DNA of 64,000 bases, taken from positions 2,432,001 through 2,496,000 of the forward strand of contig OZ241907.1 in assembly GCA_965203515.1 (NCBI GenBank), in the 5' to 3' direction. This document shows positions 28,266 through 35,968 of this stretch, piece by piece. A program made the translations under genes and the position numbers. Below the pieces are notes generated by a model, which did not search any database, had not been told where the DNA came from, and saw only the letters and a list, made by a program, of their open reading frames with translations. This DNA comes from Spirochaetia bacterium. Its GTDB lineage: Bacteria > Spirochaetota > Spirochaetia > SZUA-6 > Bin103. How positions within the stretch are numbered: the stretch's first letter is position 1; each line of letters opens with the position of its first letter.

Positions 28266-29207
28266 CTAACCTTTCAGAGCCCCGATCAGGGTGCCCTTGA
28301 CGAAATACTTCTGCATGAACGGGTAAGCCAGCAGGATCGGCACCGTCGTCACCATCAGAATCGCCGCCTTGATGGTCTCCGGCGTGTACTCGCGCAGCTG
28401 GCGCTCCTGCGCCATCATCTGCGCCGCGGTCTCCGTAGTGCCGAGTCCGGCGTAGCTGAAGTCGCTCTCCAGGAGCACGCGGCGCAGCAACTGCTGGATC
28501 ACCTTGATGCGTGGATCGGTGACGAAGATCAGGGCGTGAAACCACTCGTTCCAGTGGTAGACTATGGTCCAGAGCGCCACCACCGCGAACACCGGCTTGG
28601 ACATCGGCATGACGATGCGGAAGAATACCAGCAGGTCGTTGGCGCCGTCGACCCGGGCGCTCTCCTCCAGGTCCTCCGGCAGGGTCATCAGGTAGCTGCG
28701 CATCACGATCAGGGCGAAGGTCGACACCAGCCCCGGCAATACGAGCGCCCAGACGGTATTGATCAGTCCCAGACCCCGCACCAGCAAGTAGAGCGGGATC
28801 AGCCCGCCGGCGAAGAACAACGTGAGCACCACGAACAGGGTCCAGAAGCGGCGCAACGGCAGATAGCGCTTGGCCAGCGGGTAGGCCAGCATGCCGGTCA
28901 CCAGCAGCGTGAGCGTGGTGCCGATGCCGATGCGCGCCAAGGTCCAGTAGTAGGCGCGGGCGATGGAGTCGGTCTGGAAGATGCGCTCGTAGGACGCCAG
29001 CGTGACCTTCCGGAAATCCGGCACGAGGTGAGCGCCGAACCGAAGCGCCTCGTCGGCGGTGCTGAGCGAGATGGTGATCTGCCGCATGAACGGCAACAGG
29101 ATGGAGAGCGACAGCAGGATCAGGAACAGGTGGTTGGCGACGTCGAAGAGCCGGCCGCCGGCCCCGGTCCTGCGCAGGGCGGGGCTCGACGCTTCGTTCT
29201 GCGGCAT
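28266..29207 (-). CDS. Carbohydrate ABC transporter permease (second MalG/LplC-type paralogue)
   Basis: LPEDLEESARVDGA; YPFMQKYFVKG; closely similar to 26375..27286. Start set at ATG 29207. Confidence 0.9.
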   Translation of the reverse strand: MPQNEASSPALRRTGAGGRLFDVANHLFLILLSLSILLPFMRQITISLSTADEALRFGAHLVPDFRKVTLASYERIFQTDSIARAYYWTLARIGIGTTLTLLVTGMLAYPLAKRYLPLRRFWTLFVVLTLFFAGGLIPLYLLVRGLGLINTVWALVLPGLVSTFALIVMRSYLMTLPEDLEESARVDGANDLLVFFRIVMPMSKPVFAVVALWTIVYHWNEWFHALIFVTDPRIKVIQQLLRRVLLESDFSYAGLGTTETAAQMMAQERQLREYTPETIKAAILMVTTVPILLAYPFMQKYFVKGTLIGALKG

Positions 29208-29314
29208 CGCCGACAACCATAGCCGATCGAGGCGTCCGCTGCCTACCCCACGCCACGGCCGGGAGCCGCCGACCGCGGCCCGCGACCCTGGACGCCGGTA
29301 TCGCGGATCGCTAG

Positions 29315-29594
29315 CATGGACTGCCGATCCTGATGTCTGAGCCGAGCTACTCTGACGATCTGCCGTTCGACATGCGACCGGCCGGCGGCGCGACCGTCGA
29401 CGACCTCGACCTGGACTTCGTGCGCAACCAATACCTGCCGAACGCCATCGCCGGTGACGTTCTGGAACGGAACGAGCCGATCGCTTGAACATCAACTTCG
29501 TTCTCTGCGTCTGGACGGATACAGGCGCGCCCATGGGGAGCCATCCTCGCGTTGGCAGAGACCCTCAGGCATTGGTTACCGGGTGCGTACATTC
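29315..29594 (+). pseudogene. Degraded partial duplicate of the Schlafen/AlbA_2 gene at 31618..32814
   Basis: 29315-29356 matches 31600-31641 and 29357-29594 matches 32068-32305 (426-bp internal deletion), with several indels. Short ORF 29333..29488. Confidence 0.88.
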
Positions 29595-29640
29595 CGTGCC
29601 GGGGGAAGGACACATCTGGGACGTGACGCTCTCGCCGTGA
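29595..29640 (+). pseudogene. 3'-terminal remnant of a GT-C/two-Cys-module gene (VPGEGHIWDVTLSP*)
   Basis: 40/46 nt identical to 17641-17686 by manual alignment. Confidence 0.8.
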
Positions 29641-31595
29641 ACCACCCTGCCGGCCGCATGCCTGAGCGGACGCGCGCCGACCTCTCGCTGCTGGCCGCCG
29701 CGGCCGCGCTCGGCGCCGGCCTCGTGCTGGCGAGCGAATTCACCTGGGGCGTGGCGCTGGACTGGGACTCGGTGAGCTACATTGCCGCAGCCCGCAACCT
29801 GCTGGATGGCAACGGTTTCCACACGTTCAACCGAGGGGATCCCTACGTCTGGTGGCCGCCGCTCTACCCGCTGCTGCTGGCCGTTGCCAGCCTGGAGGTA
29901 TTCGACCCGCTCGCCGTCGCCGGACCGGTCAACGCCGTGCTCTTCGGCCTCACCATATTCGTCGTCGCCCGGTACCTGCGACGGCGCCTCGCATCGCGCG
30001 TCCTGGTGATATGGGCCGCTCTCGCCATCTCGCTGGCGGCCCCGCTGGCGGAGTTGGCGTCGCGGGCGCTGACCGAGCCCCTGTTCATCCTGCTGGCCGC
30101 GCTTGCCCTGATCCGCACCGATGACTACCTGACCCGCAACAAGACTTCCTCGCTGGCGTGGGCGGCGGCGTGGGCCGCGCTGGCGTGGCAGACCCGCTAC
30201 CTGGGCGCGGCGGTCGTCGTCGTGGTCACGCTGCTCCTGCTCGGTCAGCGCGGCGCGCGGCCGGCGCAGCGCGCGCGGCGCGCCGCCGGTTTCTCGTTGG
30301 CCGCGACCGCGCCGATGGCAGCGTGGCTGCTGCGCAACCGCTTGGCCGCCGGGAGCTACACCGGGTACCGGGACGGCGGCCCCTATTCGTTGCCGGAGGT
30401 CCTGAGCGCTATCGGCCGCGGGTTTGCGGACTGGGTGTACTTCGACCTTCCGCTAGTCTCGGTCGAATGGCTGCGATTCGTACCGGCCGCCGGGCTGCTG
30501 GTTGCGGTCGGGTTGGTCATCGGCGCGCAGCGACGCCCGGCGATGCCGCGGATGCCGCGGATGCCACGGATGCCGTTCGATTGGCGTCCCTGCTGCGTGT
30601 TCGGCGGCTTTGCGCTGATCTATCTCCTACTGCTCCTGGCGGCGATCATGCTGGGCGCTACCTTCCATGGGGTTCAGGCCCGATTCCTGACGCCGCTGTA
30701 CGTCCCGCTGCTGGTCACCGCCGCGTTCACGCTGGATCGCCTGCTCAGCTCCGTGCGGCAGCATCCGCCGCGACTGGCCGGCGCCATCGTCATCGCGCTG
30801 CTTTGCGTCTGGACGGTCGGGCAAGTCGAGCCGGTCGCCCGCGAAATAGCGCGCGCCAATTCCTGCCTCCGCTGCCGCGGCTACGCTTCATCATACTGGC
30901 TTGATTCCGAGACGCTGGAATACCTGCGACAGCACCCACTTGAGGGCGTCGTATACAGCAATTGGACCCCCGTGTATCTCTACGTTGACGCAACCGAGTT
31001 TCGCGATCTGCCGGTCGGGGCAGAGCAGCTGCAGCGCTGGCTTGCAGGTGTTCAGGACGGCGCATACGTCGTGTGGTTCGACGACGACGTGCAGTCTGGC
31101 TACTATGGCTATGACTCTGCCCTGCTGCGAGCGTCGGCGGGCTTGGTGCCGGTCGCGGAGCTGGCCGACGGCGCGATTTTCGAGGTGCTCAAGAACTCCG
31201 CCGATCGACGACGGGTCGCCTTCGAGGCTGCTATCGTCGCCGACAATTTGGAGGCTCTCGTCACCGGAGATTCGGTACGACTCGCCGAGGGCTCGGTCTT
31301 CGACGTCTATTTCGACGCCGGCGCCAACACGTTGACCTACTTCAAGGAGCCGTGCGCAACGGACGACGTAGAGGCGCGATTCTTCCTGCACGTCGTGCCG
31401 TCGGAGCCCGCCGACCTGCCGGACCGGCGGCACCACTTCGCTAACCTCGACTTCGACTTCGGCGCGCACGGCGCGCTCCTGAACGGCAGGTGCGCAGCGG
31501 TCGTGGCGCTGCCTGACTACGAAATCGCAGATATCAGGACGGGTCAGTACCTGGCCGGGAACATCCACGTCTGGGACTCGACGTTCTCCCCGTGA
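29637..31595 (+). CDS. GT-C (ArnT/PMT-like) membrane protein with C-terminal two-Cys module
   Basis: DSVSYIAAARNLLDGNG, WPPLYP, LTEPLF and QTRYLG; C-terminal YFKEPC...ARFFLHVVP...NLDFDF...GRC...LPDYEIADIRTGQ. Start GTG 29637 or ATG 29658. Confidence 0.82.
   Translation: MNHPAGRMPERTRADLSLLAAAAALGAGLVLASEFTWGVALDWDSVSYIAAARNLLDGNGFHTFNRGDPYVWWPPLYPLLLAVASLEVFDPLAVAGPVNAVLFGLTIFVVARYLRRRLASRVLVIWAALAISLAAPLAELASRALTEPLFILLAALALIRTDDYLTRNKTSSLAWAAAWAALAWQTRYLGAAVVVVVTLLLLGQRGARPAQRARRAAGFSLAATAPMAAWLLRNRLAAGSYTGYRDGGPYSLPEVLSAIGRGFADWVYFDLPLVSVEWLRFVPAAGLLVAVGLVIGAQRRPAMPRMPRMPRMPFDWRPCCVFGGFALIYLLLLLAAIMLGATFHGVQARFLTPLYVPLLVTAAFTLDRLLSSVRQHPPRLAGAIVIALLCVWTVGQVEPVAREIARANSCLRCRGYASSYWLDSETLEYLRQHPLEGVVYSNWTPVYLYVDATEFRDLPVGAEQLQRWLAGVQDGAYVVWFDDDVQSGYYGYDSALLRASAGLVPVAELADGAIFEVLKNSADRRRVAFEAAIVADNLEALVTGDSVRLAEGSVFDVYFDAGANTLTYFKEPCATDDVEARFFLHVVPSEPADLPDRRHHFANLDFDFGAHGALLNGRCAAVVALPDYEIADIRTGQYLAGNIHVWDSTFSP
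30541..30575 (+). repeat. 9-bp in-frame tandem repeat (MPR)3-MP
   Basis: cgatgccgcggatgccgcggatgccacggatgccg. Confidence 0.85.
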
Positions 31596-31617
31596 ACCAC
31601 ATAGACTGCCGATCCTG

Positions 31618-32814
31618 ATGGCTGAGCCGAGTTATTCCGACACGGAGCTGGAGGCGCTGATGTCGGACCTGGAGTCGGATTTGGTGGAGCGCAAGGAGAC
31701 GGCCGCCGACGGCAGGAAGATTCGCCGGAACATCTGCGCGTTCGCCAATGACCTGCCGGCGCACGGCAAGCCGGGCGTCGTGCTGGTCGGCGTGCGGGAT
31801 GACGGCTCGTGCGCGTCGTTGTCGATCGATGACGAATTGCTCAATCGGTTGGCGAACATTCGCGGTGACGGCGACATTCTGCCGCTGCCGTCGATGACCG
31901 TGCAGAAGCGGGTATTGCGGAACTGCGCGGTGGCGGTCGTCACGGTCCAACCATCCTCGGAGACACCGGTACGGTATCGTGGCCGCGTGTGGGTCCGGGT
32001 CGGGCCGTCCGTCCGCGAAGGATCGGTGGCGGACGAGCGCCTGCTTGGCGAACGCCGTCGGGCCTCCGATCTGCCGTTCGACATGCGGCCGGCCGGCGGT
32101 GCGACCGTCGACGACCTCGACCTGGACTTCGTGCGCAACCAATACCTGCCGAACGCCATCGCCGGTGACGTTCTGGAACGGAACGAGCGATCGGTCGAAC
32201 ATCAACTTCGATCTCTGCGTCTGACGGATGCAGGCGCGCCTACGTGGGGAGCGATCCTCGCGCTGGGCAGAGACCCTCAAGCATTGGTACCGGGTGCGCA
32301 CATTCAGTTCCTGCGAGTCCTCGGAACGGAGATCACGGACCCGATAGGAGCCCAGAAGCAACTCACCGGCCGGCTCGATGACGTGGTGCGCCGGCTCGGC
32401 GAGCTGCTGGATCTGTGCGTGTCGGTCCGCACTCAGGTCGCCGGGTCGATGCGGGAGAGGCGGCGGCCCGACTATCCCGTGGACGCCTTGCGGCAACTGG
32501 CCCACAACGCGGTCATGCATCGCAGCTACGAGGGGACCAACACGCCGGTGCGCGTCTACTGGTATGCCGACCGCGTCGAGATTACCAGCCCGGGCGGTCT
32601 GTACGGGAGGATCACGCCGGAGACCTTCGGCACCGGCGATACCGATTATCGCAATCCGTTGTTGGCCGAGGTCATGCACCACCTGGGATTCGCGCAGCGC
32701 TTCGGACTGGGCGTGCCGCTCGCGCGCAAAGCGCTGGCGTCAAACGGCAATCCGCAGCCCGATTTTCGGTTCGAGCCGACGCTCGTCGGCGTCACCGTAC
32801 GGGCTGCGCCGTGA
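31618..32814 (+). CDS. Schlafen/AlbA_2 domain + RecG-C-like (HATPase_c_4) protein
   Basis: ESDLVERK, ICAFAND...VGVRDDG (AlbA_2); YPVDALRQLAHNAVMHRSY...DRVEITSPGG...RNP...FGLG. Confidence 0.88.
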   Translation: MAEPSYSDTELEALMSDLESDLVERKETAADGRKIRRNICAFANDLPAHGKPGVVLVGVRDDGSCASLSIDDELLNRLANIRGDGDILPLPSMTVQKRVLRNCAVAVVTVQPSSETPVRYRGRVWVRVGPSVREGSVADERLLGERRRASDLPFDMRPAGGATVDDLDLDFVRNQYLPNAIAGDVLERNERSVEHQLRSLRLTDAGAPTWGAILALGRDPQALVPGAHIQFLRVLGTEITDPIGAQKQLTGRLDDVVRRLGELLDLCVSVRTQVAGSMRERRRPDYPVDALRQLAHNAVMHRSYEGTNTPVRVYWYADRVEITSPGGLYGRITPETFGTGDTDYRNPLLAEVMHHLGFAQRFGLGVPLARKALASNGNPQPDFRFEPTLVGVTVRAAP

Positions 32815-33803
32815 AGAGCATCGCCGTATTCAACAACAAGGGCGGGGTTGGCAAGACCTCGCTCGTCTATCATCTCGCCTGGATGTACGCCGACCTGGAC
32901 TACAATGTCGTCGTGGCCGATCTCGACCCGCAGGCGAACCTTACCAGCATGTTTCTGGAAGACGAAGCGCTGGAACGACTGTGGGCCGATGGAACCGATG
33001 GAACGATCCATGCTGCCTTGCGGCCGCTGCTGGAAGGAACCGGCGACGTACGGAAGCCGCGGGTCGCACGACCGGCGCTCGGCATCGAACTGATCGCCGG
33101 CGACATGCTGTTGTCCGGCGCCGAAGACGAACTGGGAAGCAATTGGCCGGATTGCCTCGACGGCAAACCGCGAGCGTTTCGCGTGCTTTCGGCTATCTGG
33201 CGGGTACTGCGCATGGTTGCGGAGGAGGGTAGCGCAGACCTGATTCTGGTGGATGTCGGTCCCAATATCGGCGCGCTCAATCGCGCGGCGTTGGTGGCCG
33301 CGGACTATGTCGTCGTACCGCTTGCCCCGGACCTCTACTCTCTCCAAGGTCTCCGTAATCTCGGTCCGACGCTGCGCCGGTGGCGGCGGGAGTGGTCCGA
33401 GCGCCGGGCCCGCAATCCCTTGCAAGATCTCGAGCTTCCCGGCGGCGGCATGCAGCCGATCGGCTACGTGGTGCTCCAGCATGCGGTCCGGCTGAACCGC
33501 CCGGTCAAGGCATATGAACGCTGGATGGACCGTATTCCGGGCGCATACCGCGACTCCGTCGTCGGCGATACCGACACGCCCCGGCCGCAGATGGAAGACG
33601 ACCACCTGTGCCTCGCCACCCTGAGACACTTCCGGAGCCTCATGCCACTGGCGCAGGAGGCGCGCAAGCCCATGTTCGCCCTGAAGCCGGCAGACGGCGC
33701 CATCGGCGGCCATGCCAACGCCGTGCGCGGTTGCTACCGGGACTTTCGGGCGCTCGCGCGTACCGTGGCGCGCCGATGTGAGGTCACCGCCGCCGGCGCG
33801 TAG
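32811..33803 (+). CDS. Orphan ParA/Soj-family ATPase
   Basis: GTGA overlap with the upstream gene; FNNKGGVGKT, DLDPQANLT, DVGPNIG and VVPLAPDLYS. Confidence 0.9.
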   Translation: MKSIAVFNNKGGVGKTSLVYHLAWMYADLDYNVVVADLDPQANLTSMFLEDEALERLWADGTDGTIHAALRPLLEGTGDVRKPRVARPALGIELIAGDMLLSGAEDELGSNWPDCLDGKPRAFRVLSAIWRVLRMVAEEGSADLILVDVGPNIGALNRAALVAADYVVVPLAPDLYSLQGLRNLGPTLRRWRREWSERRARNPLQDLELPGGGMQPIGYVVLQHAVRLNRPVKAYERWMDRIPGAYRDSVVGDTDTPRPQMEDDHLCLATLRHFRSLMPLAQEARKPMFALKPADGAIGGHANAVRGCYRDFRALARTVARRCEVTAAGA

Positions 33804-33833
33804 TAGACTTCGAGAATCGCTGAGGAGCACCGA

Positions 33834-35924
33834 ATGGCAGACGACCGCCTCGACCTGTACGTATCCCCGGCCGGCAACGATGCCTGGAGCGGCCGCCATC
33901 CCGATCCGACCGGCGACGGGCGCGACGGTCCGTTCGCTACCCTGGAGGCGGCGCGCGACGCACTGCGGAAGCGGCGCCGATCCGGTGCGACGGTCGCCGG
34001 AGGTGCGACGGTCGCCGGCGCGACGGTGTGGCTGCGCGGCTGGAGCTACCACCGCGAAACCGCCTTCGATCTCGGCCCCGAGGACGGCGGCACCGAGGAT
34101 GCGCCGGTCGTCTACCGCGCCTTTCCGGGCGAGGACGTCCGGCTGATCGGCGGCCGCGCCGCGGCGGGATTCCGGCCGATCACCGCAACCGGCCGCACGG
34201 CAGAGGCGTGGCAGCGGCTGTCGCCGGCGGCGCGCGGCAGCGTGCTGGTGACCGACCTCCGCGCGCAGGGCATCGACGACTACGGCACCCTCGATCCGGT
34301 CGGCTTCGGCCGGGGACGCCGGCCGGCCGCGCTGGAAGTGTTCTACCGTGACCGGCGGATGACCCTGGCGCGCTGGCCCGACCATTCGTTCGTGACCATC
34401 GCCCGCGTCGACGCGCCGGGACGCGGCGGCACCGACGACGTGCCGTGGGACGCCAGCAGCGACGAACCCAATCGCAGCTTCGAGTACTTCGGCGACCGGC
34501 CGCGCGGCTGGCGCCGTCCGGCCGAGGCGATGGTGCACGGCTACTGGACCTATGACTGGGCCGACTCCTATCAGCGCGTCGAGTCGATCGACCTCGACGC
34601 GCGGCTGGTCACCACCGATCGGCCCGGCGCCTACGGATACACCACCGGGCAGCGCTACTACTTCCTGAACGTGCTGGAGGAGCTCGACTCCCCCGGCGAG
34701 TGGTACCTGGACCGGCGGGCCGGGCTGCTCTACTTCCGGCCGCCGGGCGATCCGCCGGCGGACCAGGTGGTCGTCACGGTGTCGCTCCTGTCGGAGCCGG
34801 TGGTCGCCCTGCGCGGCGCATCGCACGTGCATCTGCACGGCCTGACCGTCGAGTGTTGCCGCGGCGACGGCATCGGCATCACCGGCGGCCGGGACGCCCG
34901 GGTCCGCTGCTGCGAGGTCCGCAACACCGGTGAGTACGGCATCCGGGTCGATGGGGGCGCCGGCCACCGCATCGAGCGGAGCCGGGTCCGCGACACCGGC
35001 GCCGGCGGCGTGCAACTGGCCGGCGGCGACCGGCGTACGCTGCAGCCGGCCGGCCACGTGGTCGAGCACTGCGACATCCACCGCTTCAGCCGCCTGCTGC
35101 TCACCTACACGCCGGGCGTCGACCTGCACGGCGTGGGCCACCGCGTCGCGCACAACCACCTGCACGACGCGCCCCATACCGCGGTGCTGCTGCACGGCAA
35201 TGACCACGTGATCGAGCTCAACGAGATCGACCGCGTGTGCACGCAGACCGGCGACGCCGGCGCCTTCTACATGGGACGCGACTGGACCGAGCGGGGCAAC
35301 GCGGTGCGGCACAACTTCTTTCACGACCTGGGCATCTTTGGCTACGGCCACCACGGTGTGCGGGCGGTCTATCTCGACGACTGCGCCAGCGGGACCACGA
35401 TATTCGGCAACGTCTTCCTGCGCTGCACGCGCGCCGTGCTGATCGGCGGCGGCCGCGACAACCGCGTGGAGAACAATCTGTTCGTGCACTGCGAACCGGC
35501 CGTGCAGCTCGACGCCCGCGGCCGGTGCCTGACCGAGCAGTGGCGGAACATGGTCTACGGCACCATGCGCCCGCGGCTCGACGAGATGCGCCACCGCGAG
35601 CCGCCCTACGCCGACCGGTATCCGCAGCTGGCCGACCTCGACACCGTCTACCGGGCCGGCGGTGGCTTCGAGCCGACCGGCAACGTCATCGTCAACAATC
35701 TGTGCTACGGCGGCCGATGGCTGCTGACCCTGCGCGACGTCGATCCGCGCCTGCTGCCGGACGACGGCAATCTGATCGGCGTCGATCCCGGCTTCGCGGA
35801 CGAGCCCAACGACGACCTGCGGCTGCCGACCGGCTCCCCCGCCTACGAAGCCGGCATGCAGTCGATCCCGTTCGACCGGATCGGCCCCACCGGCCCGATC
35901 GGCCCGGCGCACGCCGCCGTATAG
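33834..35924 (+). CDS. Right-handed parallel beta-helix protein (pectin-lyase-like fold, probable carbohydrate-active enzyme)
   Basis: YVSPAGNDAWSG...GPFATLEAARDA, NVLEELDSPGEWYLD, DAGAFY and VYLDD motifs; GAGGAG RBS. Confidence 0.85.
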   Translation: MADDRLDLYVSPAGNDAWSGRHPDPTGDGRDGPFATLEAARDALRKRRRSGATVAGGATVAGATVWLRGWSYHRETAFDLGPEDGGTEDAPVVYRAFPGEDVRLIGGRAAAGFRPITATGRTAEAWQRLSPAARGSVLVTDLRAQGIDDYGTLDPVGFGRGRRPAALEVFYRDRRMTLARWPDHSFVTIARVDAPGRGGTDDVPWDASSDEPNRSFEYFGDRPRGWRRPAEAMVHGYWTYDWADSYQRVESIDLDARLVTTDRPGAYGYTTGQRYYFLNVLEELDSPGEWYLDRRAGLLYFRPPGDPPADQVVVTVSLLSEPVVALRGASHVHLHGLTVECCRGDGIGITGGRDARVRCCEVRNTGEYGIRVDGGAGHRIERSRVRDTGAGGVQLAGGDRRTLQPAGHVVEHCDIHRFSRLLLTYTPGVDLHGVGHRVAHNHLHDAPHTAVLLHGNDHVIELNEIDRVCTQTGDAGAFYMGRDWTERGNAVRHNFFHDLGIFGYGHHGVRAVYLDDCASGTTIFGNVFLRCTRAVLIGGGRDNRVENNLFVHCEPAVQLDARGRCLTEQWRNMVYGTMRPRLDEMRHREPPYADRYPQLADLDTVYRAGGGFEPTGNVIVNNLCYGGRWLLTLRDVDPRLLPDDGNLIGVDPGFADEPNDDLRLPTGSPAYEAGMQSIPFDRIGPTGPIGPAHAAV

Positions 35925-35968
35925 AGACACCGACACCAAAAGGAACAAGGGAACAAGGGAGCTCCGTC

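Noticed and set aside
29454..29636. ORF-track N-terminal extension of the third GT-C gene (and similar extensions for 3005, 11904, 18432, 19648, 28266, 32415, 35237, 39396, 47265, 55798, 62199)
   Set aside because: The extensions run through pseudogene or neighbouring-gene sequence. Downstream starts with an RBS, a stop/start overlap or a family-typical N-terminus fit better.
29315..32305. Repeat pair as a DGR template/variable region
   Set aside because: No reverse transcriptase in the window. Differences are not adenine-specific and include indels, so a decayed duplication explains it better.
32811..33803. ParA as evidence of a plasmid or partition locus
   Set aside because: No canonical parB, parS-like repeats or rep gene nearby, and the context is chromosomal (arg, pyrE, tRNA).
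32646..35948. 1100-aa minus-strand ORF and other long overlapping ORFs (e.g. 7491..10301, 3071..4891, 15846..17735, 50493..52505)
   Set aside because: Shadow frames typical of high-GC DNA. They overlap genes with clear family motifs and have R/G/A/P-rich, motif-free composition.
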